Source: Octopus sinensis (Eukaryota). Taken from it: 64,000 bases of DNA. The position numbers and the translations under genes are program-made. The DNA lies in NCBI RefSeq assembly GCF_006345805.1, contig NC_043011.1, positions 20,844,464 to 20,908,463 of the forward strand, given 5' to 3'. Each line of letters opens with the position of its first letter. The stretch's first letter is position 1. Of this stretch, positions 38,278 to 51,586 are shown piece after piece. The notes beneath the pieces are model-generated. The model was not told the origin of the DNA. It did not search any database and saw only the letters and a program-made list of their open reading frames with translations.

Positions 38278-39373
38278 CTAGAAGTAGTTGATAGCTTCCG
38301 CTACCTAGGTGACCAAGTCAGTAGCGGGGGTGGGTGTGCTGAAAGTGTAACTGCTAGAGTAAGAATAGCCAGGGCAAAGTTTAGAGAGCTCTTACCCCTG
38401 CTGGTGACAAAAGGCCTCTCGCTCAGAGTAAAAGGCAGACTGTATGATGCATGTGTACGTACAGCCATGCTACATGGTAGTGAAACATGGGCTGTGACTG
38501 CTGAGGATATGCGTAAGCTCGCAAGAAATGAAGCCAGTATGCTCCGATGGATGAGTAATGTCAGTGTTCATAATCGACAGAGTGTAAGTACCTTGAGAGA
38601 AAAGTTGAACCTAAGAAGCATCAGTTGTGGTGTGCAAGAGAGATGTCTGCACTGGTATGGGCATGTGACGAGAATGGGTGAAGATAGTTGTGGGCAAAAG
38701 TGCCACACCCTAGCAGTTGAGGGAACCTGTGGAAGAGGTAGACCCAGGAAAACCTGGGACGAGGTGGTGAAGCACGACCTTCGAACTTTAGGTCTCACCA
38801 AGGAAATGGCTAGAGACCGAGACCTATGGAAGTATGCTGTGCGTGTGAAGACTCGGCAAGACCAGTGAGAACAATCAAAATCAAAATCAAACCAAATCAA
38901 ATCAGATATCAGAAAGCAGAACCAAAATTGAGGTCGATCAACATCAGTGGAAATTGCATCTGTGGTTAAGCGAACCATCCGATCGTGGTTGTTGTCGGCA
39001 CCGCCCCGACTGGCCTCTGTGCCGGTGGCACGTAAAAGCACCATCCGCTCATGTCCGTTGCCAGCCTCGCCTGGCGCCCGTGCCAGTGGAATGTAAAAGC
39101 ACCATCCACTCGTGTCTGTTGCCAGCCTCGCCTGGCCCCCGTGCCAGTGGCACGTAAAAGCACCATCCGTTCGTGGTCGTTTGCCAGCTCTGTCTGGCAC
39201 CTGTGCAGGTGGCACGTAAAAAGCACCCACTACACTCACGGAGTGGTTGGCGTTAGGAAGGGCATCCAGCCGTAGAAACACTGCCAGATCTGACTAGGCC
39301 TGATGAAGCCTTCCGGCTTCACAGACCCCAGTTGAACCGTCCAACCCATGCTAGCATGGAAAACGGACGCTAA

Positions 39374-39407
<34 letters not shown>
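38278..39407 (+). mobile_element. 5'-truncated RTE family 2 LINE: RT C-terminus, 3'UTR with about 56-bp tandem units, (GAT)n tail
   Basis: EVVDSFRYLG...KGRLYDACVRTAMLHGSETW...WYGHV...GRGRPRKTW; inserted in (TA)n. Confidence 0.92.
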
Positions 39408-39453
<46 letters not shown>

Positions 39454-39945
39454 TATATATATAAAATCAGAAGTATAGCATTACATAAATATATACTCTT
39501 TTACTTGTTTCAGTCATTTGCTTTTAGTAGAGCAAATCGACCCCAGGACTTATACTTTGTAAGCCTAGTACTTATCCTATCGGTCTCTTTTGCCGAACCA
39601 ATAAGTTACGGGGACGTAAACACACCAGCTTCAGTTGTCAAGCCTCTGCCTATGTATCAAAAATTTTACAGAAACACGACAAATGGAAATATTTCAAAAA
39701 CATAACAAACAGAAAATTCATAGTTTATTCCTCATCAGCCAACGTCCAAAAGATCATTACAATTTCATGCCTTTAACGTTAAAGGTATGAAATTGTAATG
39801 ATCTTTTGGACACTGAATTTATGAAGGATAAGAAATAAGCTAAGAATTTTCTGTTTGTTATGTTATTGTAATATTTGTTTGTTGTGTTTTTGTTAAATTT
39901 TTGACATATATATTTATACACACATACACACAAACATATATATAT

Positions 39946-40266
39946 AGCTCAGTGGTTAGAATGTTGGGCTTATAATCATGAGTTAATGAGTTCGATTCCC
40001 AGACTGGACTGTGTGTTGTGTTCTTTAGCAAGACACTTTATTTCATGTAGCTCCAGTTCACTCATCTGTAGAAATTATTTGCTACATCACTGGTGCCAAG
40101 CTGTACTGGCCTTTGCCTTTCCCTTGGATAACATCAATGGCATGGAGAGGTGAGGCTGGTATGCATGGATGACTGCTGGTCTTCCATAAACAACTGTGCC
40201 TAGACTTGTACCTCAGAGGGTAACTTTCTAAGTGCAATCCCATGGTCATTCATGACTGAAGGGGAT

Positions 40267-40270
<4 letters not shown>
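39946..40270 (+). mobile_element. SINE family C
   Basis: tagctcagtggttaga...gagttcgattcc head. Confidence 0.78.
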
Positions 40271-40310
<40 letters not shown>

Positions 40311-40528
40311 GTGTACATTTAAACACATAAGAGATGCCCTGTTATGGCTACCTCTTATGTGTTTAAATGTACACTGTATTTTTATATGAATAATATATAG
40401 TCTATTGACTAGTTTTTTCTTCTCACTAGACCACTGGTAGCAAAGAAATTTTCTACCTGGAATTTATTAATATATATATATATATTTATACACACACACA
40501 CACACACCACATATATGCATACACACAC

Positions 40529-40755
40529 ATCATCATCATCAAGGTTCGACCGTGATCGAGACAATGGAATTTACTATGCCATGCCAGAATTCACGGTCCA
40601 TCATAGCATTACGGAGGTCCTGTTGCTGCATGCCTGTATCCCTGGAGATTACATCAGGGCAGGGGAGTGTGCGCCCTCTGGTATCGCGAGTAGATGGCTT
40701 CCAGAGGAGAGGAGTAGAAATTGCCTCGTTTCCAGCTCTACAACAATATCCAGCA
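40529..40755 (-). mobile_element. RTE family 1 3' fragment inserted in (CA)n
   Basis: AGYCCRAGNEAISTPLLWKPS... Confidence 0.88.
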
Positions 40756-41204
40756 CACACACACACACACACACACAAAGTCAAATTAAATATAATAATA
40801 ACTGTAGAAGAACTAGGATTTCAACAGGTTGAAACTATCAAAATGCTGGACCGACTGTGGCTATTATATTGTGCCTGTATAATATTACAGACGTGTGTGT
40901 GTGTGTGTGTGTGTGTTTACATTTACCAGCATAAACTAATGTTGGATTATGTCCCATGACTTAGTGCTTTGATAAAAAGAAATCAATAAAATAAGTACCT
41001 GACTGAAACAAGAGCAGGGGTATCAATAAGATTGAATAAAATCCTTGAAGGTAGTGCCCCAGTATGGTCACAGACCAATTACTAAAACTAGTAAAATACC
41101 ACCAAAATAACATTTTTCCCCTCGCAGTAAGGAGATACTGCTTTAGGAGTGTAGATATCATATTTATACCACGATAAGAATTGCTTTACATTATCAAGTG
41201 TAAA

Positions 41205-41600
41205 GGCGCAGGAGTGGTTGTGTGGTAAGTAGCTTGCTAACCAACCACATGGTTCCGGGTTCAGTCCCACTGCGTGGCATCTTGGACAAGTGTCTTCTGC
41301 TATAGCCCCAGGCCGACCAATGCCTTGTAAGTGGATTTGGTAAACGGAAACTGAAAGAAGCCTGTCGTATATATGTATATATATATGTGTGTGTGTGTTT
41401 GTGTATGTCCCCCTAGCATTGCTTGACAACCGATGCTGATGTGTTTACGTCCCCATCACTTAGCTGTTCGGCAAAAAGAGACCGATAGAATAAGTACTGG
41501 GCTTACAAAGAATAAGTCCCGGGGTCGATTTACTCGACTAAAAGGCGGTGCTCCAGCATGGCCGCAGTCAAATGACTGAAACAAGTAAAAAAAAAAAAAA
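41205..41600 (+). mobile_element. SINE family A, full length
   Basis: As 1421-1833; poly-A tail. Confidence 0.88.
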
Positions 41601-41804
41601 ATTTGAAATTAAATTAAACCACAGCAGAGGCTGCTCTATTTAAAAAATGAAAATAAAATAAAAAATACAAAATAAAAATAAAGAAACAAAAAGCAGAAAA
41701 ATAAAAAAAATAAAATAAACAAACAGTTTGAGAGAGAGAGAAAGAAAAACAAAAAAGTTTTCAATGTAAAAGAGGAGGAGGAGGAGGACTTAGTATTGAC
41801 TCAC

Positions 41805-41933
41805 CATTATTGGTGCCGTAAAACTGGTACATTGGAGAAAACATAGTACCATGGAAAGTTGTTCTCGCTGGACTGATAGTAGTTTGGCTGTTTTCTTTTA
41901 CGGCGTGCAATACACCCTTTCTGGGATTACTAC
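41805..41933 (-). CDS. CTDSPL2: CTDSPL2 coding exon 3 (GSNPRKGVLHAVKENSQTTISPARTTFHGTMFSPMYQFYGTNN)
   Basis: gttccag|GT ... ATG|gtgagt; 129 nt, phase 1->1; resembles the vertebrate TTLLGTIFSPVFNFF block. Confidence 0.9.
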
Positions 41934-42006
41934 CTGGAACAACAGTGCTCAGTTAGTGAATTCCCATTAGAGACTAACAATCTTTCTAAACAGCATCTAC
42001 CATGAT

Positions 42007-42096
<90 letters not shown>

Positions 42097-44604
42097 ATAT
42101 ATATTGAAGAAATTGTCCCTTACTTTATTGATAAAACAGAAAGGAAAGTCTTTAAATTTCCCAAGGAAATCATATGGAATGAAATAAAATAAAATAGACT
42201 ATTTTACATTATCACATTTAAGAATTCCTCATCTAACACCTGAGAATGCTTGAAGCAATTTTAAATATAACATAAATCATCATCATCATCATAAAACGTC
42301 CATTGTCCATGCTGGTGGCATGGGTTGGAAAGTTTGACCAGGGTTGGCAAGCTGGAAGGCTGCACCAGACTCCAGTCTGATTTAGCATGGTTTCTACAGT
42401 TGGATGCCCTTCCTAACTCCAATAATCTACTATATTTTACTGTATTTGATGTCATTCCATTTCAATTAATTTTCTTAGAAAATTTGAAGACTTTCTGTAA
42501 CTTGTATATCAATAAACTAAGGAATAATTCCTTCATTCCTTCTGATCAATTTTATTTTTCTTATTATTATTAGTACACTGTTCTGTCCAATATCAAAAAC
42601 GTTTTATTCTAATAGTGTGTGTGTGTGTTTGTATGCATGTATGTGTATTGGTGTATATATACATATACACATAAATGTACATGATGAGTGTTTCCTGATA
42701 CTGTCCAAGAATCAGAAACAACAAATTCAGAGTAAAGACTTACAAAGTCTCTTTCTTCTAATGAAATATAACGCCATAATTTCAATGATGACTACTCTTC
42801 TTTCCTACATGTTCACACTCAAGTATTTGCTTATGTACCATATGCTTATAGGTACTTATAAATTTTACTCTTAATTCACCTGAAGAAAACGTTTTTTTTT
42901 TAACATGATGTAATTGTTTTGTTCATCAATAAAGAACATGTAACGAGCCTCAAACTATCTGTGTTATTGTTTATATATATAAACAATAATTCAAACACAA
43001 AGATGGTAATTTTCAGGGGTGTGCAATAGTCGATTAATTCATTATAGTCAGTATAGTCAATAAGTCCATTATAGTCAATTATACTGACTCCAGTCAATCG
43101 GTGCCATATGCCATTAACTCTACGAATGATGAAAGGCAAAAATGGCTTTGAAAGAATTCAAACTCAGACCATAATAAGTCATAACTTGATACCATAAAGC
43201 ATTTTGTATGATGCTCTAACAGTTCTGTTGATCCACAAAAGAAGACAGTCACAGAAATATTCTATCTACTAAGATATTTGAAAAAAAGATTCTCCAAAAG
43301 ATTGTGTAAGAGAAAACAAATTAAAAGGAAATAAAATAAAATAAAAATAAAGCAAATAAAAATAAAAATAGTTTGAATCCAGAACATTCTCTGTACATAG
43401 TATCAAATAAAAGTCATAGTATCAAATAAAAGTCATATGGTACAAATTTTAAAAAATTACTAGCTGATTATCACTAAGTTCTCATCAGGATCTACTTTAA
43501 AAGAAGAGCATTTTAGGAAGCATAAAGATCACATTAGATACTTTAAAACAATGTTTCCCAAAGCAGGATCCATGAAAAGATTCTGAAGTTCACAAAATAA
43601 GGTGACTTGTAATAAAATATATTTTATGGAAAAAAAAAAATGGTATTCACCATTTTCAAAATAAGCTATTTTGCTTGTTTTTTTTTCATATGTCTCTTTA
43701 TAAAACAATTTTTGTCTTGTGTAATAATTTGATGGGAACTGTTCATTAAAAATTAATTATGAACTCTATGATTTTTGGAACGTCATATAAAGGTTTCTGT
43801 AGCAAGTTTTGGCAATCAATGGTTTTAAAGTGTTTGAAATTAAAAACTATTTCAAACTACATTCATCTAGGATTCTAATACACACACACATATATTTCCT
43901 GTTCTTCTCATCATTTGTCATAATTTACTGCTCTGTCTGTGACCTCATCTTTTCTTGTTATTATGCTTGTCTTATTTTTCTGTCCTTTTTCATCTATTAT
44001 GTCCCCTCATTTATAAACCAGCCGTTTATGTTGCTGACACTGCCAAATTGAATGACACTCATAAGGTGTCAAAATTGTGATGATATTTGGTCGACAACTG
44101 ATGAGGGGTTGAGCATGTCCGCATCAAAGGTCTGTGTTTTGCTGTCTTACCATATATTCCTTTGTCATCCTCCTGTGTCACATTGTAATTAGTATACACA
44201 CGCAAACACACACACTTAGAGGAGGAAGGACAATACCCATGACCTTTTTGCAGGATCCTCCAAGACAGGTGAGGTAAAAAAAAGAGGAAGAAACCACAAC
44301 ACACACGTTCTGCTGCAACAAGTATTCAAGTGTATTAAGATATCAAGTTATTATGAATCCTCAAACCAGAGACTTTACAAATGCTGTAAGGCATGATCTC
44401 TGACTAAATTCTGCCAGTTCACTCCTCTGTATTATATTTTATGAAATGCAAAGTCAACTTTGGCAGGATTTGAACTCAGAGCACATTATATACTACACTA
44501 ATGTTGGCAAATAATTCACCATAATGTTTTGTAACTAAATATCATAAAACATTTTTACAGCATTCTACTGAGTTTATCATTCACCACTCTTCTAATAGTA
44601 ACAA

Positions 44605-45050
44605 TAATAATCCTTTCTACTATAGACACAAGGTTTTAAATTTGTGGGGAGGAAACTAGTTGATTACATTAACCCCAGTGTCTCACTGGTACTTAATTCA
44701 TCGACCCCGAAGGATTTAAAGGCAAAGTTCACTTCAATGGAATTTGAACTCAGAACATAAAGACAGACAAAATACCGCTGAGCATTTTGCCTGGCTAACA
44801 ATTCTGCTAGCTCACCACCTTAATAATAACAATAATAAATGGTAAGGGTTTCAATCTTTGGCACAAGGGGAGAGGGGGTAGTTGATTACAGCAACCCCAG
44901 TAGTTGACTGGTACTTATTTTATCAATGATGAAAGAAGGAAAGGCAAAGTCAACCATGGTGAAATTTGAGCAGAGAACATAAACAGCCGTAAGAAATGCT
45001 GCTTGGTATTTTGTCTGACATGTTAACGATTCTATTGGCTCACTGCCTTA
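44605..45050 (-). mobile_element. Two tandem older SINE D copies
   Basis: Repeated aaaggcaaagtcaac...gaatttgaactcagaac body. Confidence 0.7.
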
Positions 45051-45535
45051 AAAATAATAATAATAATAATGTTTATCAATGTTAAGGCTAAAAAATGGAA
45101 AATAAATGGTAACAATGAGCCACTGAAACTTACCATTGACCTGAATGCTGCCAACCAAAATTATAAAAATGCTGGTCTATTTTTCAAAAGGTTACCAGTT
45201 TCCCCTCGGTCACTAACATTTTACTTTGCTCTGTTGAAAATCTCACACACCAGTCTATCTACCAATATATTGGTATGATAAGGGAACTATAGCACATAGC
45301 TATAAGCAATAAAAGTTATGAATATTGGTGTGTTTTTGGCTCCCAAGTAAAGCCATTTAAAATCTCCATAGCTCAGTTCAGCTACTCATAAATTGGTACC
45401 ATGCCAAAATACTGTAAGGACTTGCAGTACTTTGCTACATTTCTAAATAATTTTTAAGCTTGCAGAGCTAAGCTCAAATTGTATTATGAACAAAAACTAC
45501 GATAATTTGATGTCCTAATTAGGAATATATATATA

Positions 45536-45740
45536 CAGGGTGGGTCAAAAGTCACACATAAAATAATTTCAGCACACACTGGAATTGTCAGACATGCTTC
45601 AATTTTTCTAAAATTGAATAAGATGAATAAAATAGTGATGAATACACACATACTTGTACGTGACAAACCAAATTAAAAAAATAATAATAATGCAATCTAA
45701 AAAATGTCATTTGTTGGTGCATGACTTTTGGCTCACCCTG
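45536..45740. mobile_element. Tc1/mariner MITE
   Basis: TIR cagggtgggtcaaaagtca / tgacttttggctcaccctg in TA context. Confidence 0.8.
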
Positions 45741-45909
45741 CATATATAGTTGGAGAGTAAGGATAGGCATGGCTGTACAGCTAAGATACATACAGCCACA
45801 TGTGAACACATAAATAGAAGCATGCATACATATACACACACACACACACACACACAAAGCAGAGTCAGAAATATATACAACACATAAAAAACATATACCA
45901 TAGAGGCAT

Positions 45910-45946
<37 letters not shown>

Positions 45947-46046
45947 GAATTTCTGGTTGTCAGTAGAGGGTTCTATGTTCACTTACTATATTGGTGTCCA
46001 GTGAAGAAAATCAATAAAAATCACATTTAAGTAAAAACAAACATAC

Positions 46047-46176
46047 CTTTTTTGTGAATTTTCTTTTGAATTGGTGAGGATGTAATTAGATTTGGAGCTT
46101 CCAACCCATTCATACCATTGTTGTATCGAGCTGTATCGAACCGTTTCAACTGCTTGCAAGGAGTTTCAGGATTATT
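46047..46176 (-). CDS. CTDSPL2: CTDSPL2 coding exon 2 (NNPETPCKQLKRF...NLITSSPIQKKIHKK)
   Basis: ttcttacag|AAT ... AAG|gtatgt; 130 nt, phase 0->1; NLITS[S/T]P motif. Confidence 0.85.
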
Positions 46177-46349
46177 CTGTAAGAAAATTCCCAAATTACA
46201 GCTATTAATGTTAACTTATTACATTCGTTAACAGTTTTATAGTAACAATTTCTTACATTGGCTCAAAGACAGAAATATTGCGGAAGAGTATGTTTCATTA
46301 AATCAACCCCAGTAATTTACTGGTATTTATCAATCCTTTGTAATCTCCT

Positions 46350-46945
46350 TCCATGAGGTTCAGCCTCCTGGGAACAACCTTTTACCATTTCTTCTCATGT
46401 CTTCTTCTTCTGCAGATTTCCTTCCACTTGAATTGGCACTTCTTTTACTCATCTGTCATCCTTCATTCGCATCACATGTCCTCATAAATTCAGTCTTCTC
46501 TCTAGTACACTACAACTGGTTACTCTTACACTCAGTTTTTCTCTCAGCTCATTTGTGCTCAAATATCCATGCACATTACACACCTAATGGAACAAGATCA
46601 CCTCAGTTCCTTCCTGTTTTCACACAGCTTCCTACATTCAATACCTATGTTTCAATACACTGCAACATCACCCTTAATACACAAGCATCATACAATCTTC
46701 TCACAGAGCAAATCATTTTGATAACAGCAGAGGTAATAGAACCCTGAAATTTATCCACCCAGATTTTACCATGACTACTAATACTTTTGGAATACCCTCT
46801 TCCACTGCTACTTAAGTCTAAGTAACAGAAACTACCAACTAGAGCCCTATGAACATCAGATAATATTCTATAAGTATTTTGACTACTAAATATTCTTGTG
46901 CAACTGTTATATACAAAGTCTTTCTTTTCAATCAACTTGTCTGTG
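46350..46945 (-). mobile_element. Old degenerate RTE family 2 RT fragment
   Basis: LVGSFCYL...RRLYDACVLRVMLQCIET is homologous to 38281-38500. Confidence 0.65.
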
Positions 46946-47620
46946 ATTTCAGTACATTTCTTGTGTACCCATAACTATATTGGTTCATCACCATCACCAT
47001 CATCATCATCCTTTAATGCCCATTTTCCCTGTTGACATGGGTTGGACAGTTCCACCAGAGCTAGCAAGCAGGAGAGCTGCACCAGGCTCTGGTCTGATTT
47101 GGCTTGCTTTCTACAGCTGGATGCCCTTCCTAACACCAACTATTTTACAATGTGTGATGGATACTATTAGCGTAGTACTAGCACATTATTCTTATCCATT
47201 CTTTTTCTGTGCATCAGGCATCTCCACTTTCCAGACAGCAGGAGAGTCTGATGGACCATGTTATGATAAGTCAGATGGTCAATGGTTGAGAGTACGGGTA
47301 GACTGCGTTGATAGTCGTGTCTATACTGATATAGTAATTATCTTCCAACCCATGCTAGCATGGAAAACGGACGTCAAATGATGATGATGACTGTGATGCT
47401 GAGTGGACATAATAACACTCCAATCTTTTGAGGATAATACCACTGTATAACTGGGGGTTGTAGAGTGCCAGATTGAACCATTCTATTGATGACTTCAGAA
47501 TATAACAATATCTGTCAGGGCAACAACCATCATCAAAAGACTACAACAGTGGCAAAAGACCACTTTCCAACATGCATACATAAAGATAAATTCAAATGTG
47601 AATTAGAGGCAGCACAAGTG

Positions 47621-47621
<1 letters not shown>

Positions 47622-47660
<39 letters not shown>

Positions 47661-48120
47661 TTAACGTCCTCTTTCCATGCTAGCATGGGTTGGACGATTT
47701 GACTGAGGTCTGGCGAACCAGACTCCAATCTGATCTGGCAGAGTTTCTACAGCTGGATGCCCTTCCTAATGCCAACCACTCTGAGAGTGTAGTGGGTGGG
47801 TGCTTTTATGTGCCACCAGCACGAGGGCCAGTTAGGTGGTACTGGCAACAGCCACACTCAAATGGTGCTTTTTATGTGCCACCTGCACAGAAGCCAGTCC
47901 AGCGGTACTGGCAACGACCTCGCTTGAATGCTTTTTTTTCAAGTGCCACCAGCACAAGTGCTAGTAAGGCGACGCAGGTAACAATAACGCTCGAATAATG
48001 ATTTTAACGTGCCATCGGCACGGAGGCCAGCTTGTTGCTCTGGCAACGATCTCACTCATATGGTGCTCTTAGCGTTTCACTAGCATGGATGCCAGTCACC
48101 AAGTTTGATTTCACTTGCCT
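47622..48120 (-). mobile_element. RTE family 2 3'UTR copy with tandem units
   Basis: (CAT)n, conserved tail and repeated gtgccacc(a/g)gcac units. Confidence 0.78.
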
Positions 48121-48224
48121 CAACAGTGTTGTAAACATTATCAAACACAGTGCTATACTGTACTATTTCTCTGTCTATTCAATAAATTTTGGTTCTATTA
48201 ACTACCAAGAAAAAAATTTGTTCC

Positions 48225-48400
48225 TTACAAGTGAGGAGATTGTTTGATGCCCAATTCCATCATACCTCTTGCACACAGCATACATCTACTTACACATCCA
48301 CTCTCATCTCTACAATCTCTCCACACCGACCTTTCACTGTGCCAATGTTGATGGTGGTAGCCATGAAGTTTTGCACCCACCATGGAGAGGAGAGTTTCTG
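48225..48400 (-). mobile_element. Degenerate RTE AP-endonuclease N-terminus
   Basis: TINIGTVKGRCGEIVEM..VDV resembles the TxNVGT..GR..E motif. Confidence 0.5.
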
Positions 48401-48769
48401 ATGATGTTTTGGTTGTTTGGTGTCTATTTTCTGCATCTGAAAGGAAGAGAGTTTGTGCGATCGTTTGATGACAATCAAGGGAGAGGAGGTGGTTCCTCAC
48501 AGCCAGATGTTTCCCACTTAGCCACCCCACTACTATACTTAGCAGAAACATTTTAAGCATTAGTCATGTGTGTATGCAATTAAGGATTTCCAATGGGTTG
48601 ACTGTCACGTTTTAATAAAGTTAAGATGTTCCTTCTATCACAAACTACTTTATAACATGAAATGAGTGCATTTTATCATGCCACCCTGGTGGGTTGCATG
48701 ATACAGTGGTTGTATAAGGGGATTGAAAAGTCTCCCCTATGCTGTATCAGATTTTATTTAGTTTCACAT

Positions 48770-49182
48770 TTCTTTATTGCCTACAAGGGGCTAAACATAG
48801 AGAGGACAAACAAGGACAGACAAAGGGATTAAGTCAATTACATCGACCCCAGTGCATAACTAGTACTTAATTTATCGACCCCGAAAGGATAAAAGGCAAA
48901 GTCGACCTCGGCAGAATTTGAACTCAGAATGTAACAGCAGATGAAATACCTGTTTCTTTACTACCCACAAGGGGCTAAGCATAGAGGGGACAAACAAGGA
49001 CAGATATAGGTATTAAGTCGATCACATCGACCCCAGTGCATAACTGGTACTTAATTTATCAACCCCGAAAGGATAAAAGGCAAAGCCAACCGTGGCAGAA
49101 TTTGAACTCAGAACGTAGTGGCAGACGAAATACTGCTAAGCATTTCGCCGGCCGTGCTAACGTTTCTGCCAGCTCGCTGCCT
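48770..49182 (-). mobile_element. Dimeric SINE D
   Basis: Junction gaaatacc|tgtttc at 48950/48951. Confidence 0.85.
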
Positions 49183-49837
49183 TAATTATATTTTATTTAG
49201 TTTCTGTTTGGAGATATGCCATGCTTGAGAAGACCCATCAAGCCAAGTGAGATTGTAGTCATGGCTAATACCAGTATCATGTAACTAGCCCATTAATTGC
49301 ACCCTTCAATCATTGGGTGAAACCAAGTGAAATTGATAGTCATGGATAGTGCCAGTGCTGACTGGCACTTGTGCTGGTGACAACGTAAAAAGCACCATTC
49401 AAGCATTGGGCCTCATGGAGGCAGTGACAGGTGACCAAGACCCTTGGTGATATACCGTGCTCATGTAGACCTGTGAAGCCAAGTGAAACCAAAGTCGTGG
49501 TCAATGCCGGTGTCAGGTCATTAGCACATAAAAAAACACCCACTACACTCTTGGAGTGGTTAGTATTAGGAAGGACATCCAGCTGTAGGAACCTTGCCAA
49601 ATCAGATCGGAACCTGGGTCAGCCCCACCGATTTATCAGTTTTCAGTCAAACTGCCCAATCCATGCCAGCATGGGAAGCAGATGTTAAATGACGATGTTT
49701 TCTTTTAGGTAGATTGCTTTCAGTGCAGTTTGCAAAGTTCATGTCTCTTCCCCATGGCATTGGGCATTTAAATATTAGCAGTCAAGAGGGACTCAAGAGA
49801 GACTCTTCCCAACAATATAATAACAGATGCAATAATA

Positions 49838-50204
49838 TTGGGTTGTCCGGAAAGTTTGTGCCGATTTATAGTAGCTTACCTTTCGACTTATTTTTTAGAA
49901 CATGGTTGAGTCCATAAAATAGGATTTGACTACACCTCCATTTAGAGCACAGTTTAAGCTATCTTTTCGTGGAAGAAGATTTATGTTCCTATAACCAGTG
50001 TTAATTCTGTAACCCTTTAAAATGGAAGATAAAAAAGTTCATTTTCGCCACTTGATGCTTTGGGAACCAGACAAAAATTGCTGCAGCTCGGCTGGGATGT
50101 GTTACCCCACCCTCCATATTCACCAGATATTGCTTCTTCGGATTTCCACTTATTCAGGTCTCTGCAGAATAGTCTTAATGGTAAAAATTTCAATTCCTTG
50201 GATG
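49838..50204 (+). mobile_element. Truncated copy of the deleted mariner at 4505-5027
   Basis: Same TIR; LGWDVLPHPPYSPDIASSDFHLF motif. Confidence 0.9.
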
Positions 50205-50542
50205 GCACCAGTACCAGACCTTTTTGCGTGACACCAGAACCCACACCGGGTACATGGTACATTCGTTTTAGGAACTCAGTCCTACACTTATACTACAATG
50301 AGAACCATCATAGTATTGGTGTGGGTTTCTTAGATTGGGAGCGAGGGGATGTGGCATGATTATCCACGTATGTGTTTGTAGGTGTTTCCATGGGTCTTCA
50401 CATAATCATCATTTTGTTTCAGTGATAGTGCTCAAGTCTCTCATAAAAAATGTCCCCACAGCTTAGCTGTTTCATCATGTGTGAAGACCAATGAAATATA
50501 AAATACCATACTTGCACGTCAGATGGAAAAAGTGGATTTAAA

Positions 50543-50573
<31 letters not shown>

Positions 50574-51342
50574 GTAGTGGTGGTGGTGGTGGTGGTGGCG
50601 GCAGCAGCGATGATGATGATGATGAGAAAGAAGACACTCAGATTCTGAACACCAAATAACAGTCAAGGAGCTTTTCTATACTTTCTCAGCCTGTTCAATA
50701 TTAAACTCTCTCAACAAACTATGGCATTGACAGCTACAGCAGCCCCTGATATAGACATCACTGCACTGTTCCAAAGGTCCAAGCAGTCCTGACGAGAGTG
50801 AGGACTATGTACTGCAATAACTTGGGATTCAAAGACTGAAAGATTATTTAATACCTTGCCAAAACATCTTCAGAATCTACATGGAGCAGTGGTAGATGTT
50901 TCCAAGAAACTTAACTTCCTGCTGTCCAAAGTCCTAGACGAAAGAAACTCAAAAGAGGGCAGCAATGTCAAAACTCCCTCCTTCACCAAAAGCTAACTGC
51001 CTAAGAATGGCCATGAAAATGGTGATTAAACAGGCAGTACTCCAGCATGGCCGCAGCCTTTACGCTGAAACACACAAAAGAATAAAAGAAAGAATAAATT
51101 TGTTTATACTTTTACAAAGGTGGCCTCGTCTTCAAGCCCAAAGTTTTGACAACAAGGTCACAACTGGTGTCTAGAGTTTTTGATCAGCTATGTCCACACT
51201 ATAAGTTCCTCATACAGGGCTGACTGATGCAAGCCAACAACTTTGTAAGAGAGGAGTGTACTCGATCATAACTGGCATATGTTTCATGAACCACAGAGAT
51301 GAGAAGCAAAAATTTAACATTAAATACTCAGAGTAGCAAGAC

Positions 51343-51379
<37 letters not shown>

Positions 51380-51586
51380 ACATGCATGTGTGAGTGCATG
51401 TAATGCTTTGACATATAAGGGTAAAACCCACAAATCTACATTAATTTAGCCATAATATCTCTTTTGCAGATTACTAATTACAGCAAAAATTTACCACCAC
51501 ATTGTCCAGTTTCTTGAGAAAAAGCTATTCCCAAAAGACGTTCAATAAAACCAGAAACTCAAACCTTGTCAGCTACGAAGACTTAC

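Noticed and set aside
38990-39230. CRISPR-like regularly spaced repeats
   Set aside because: The intervening sequences are similar to each other (a tandem repeat), it lies in a LINE 3'UTR, there are no cas genes, and the context is eukaryotic.
41205-41280. tRNA genes at SINE heads
   Set aside because: A and B boxes are present, but I cannot build a full cloverleaf and each head continues into a SINE body.
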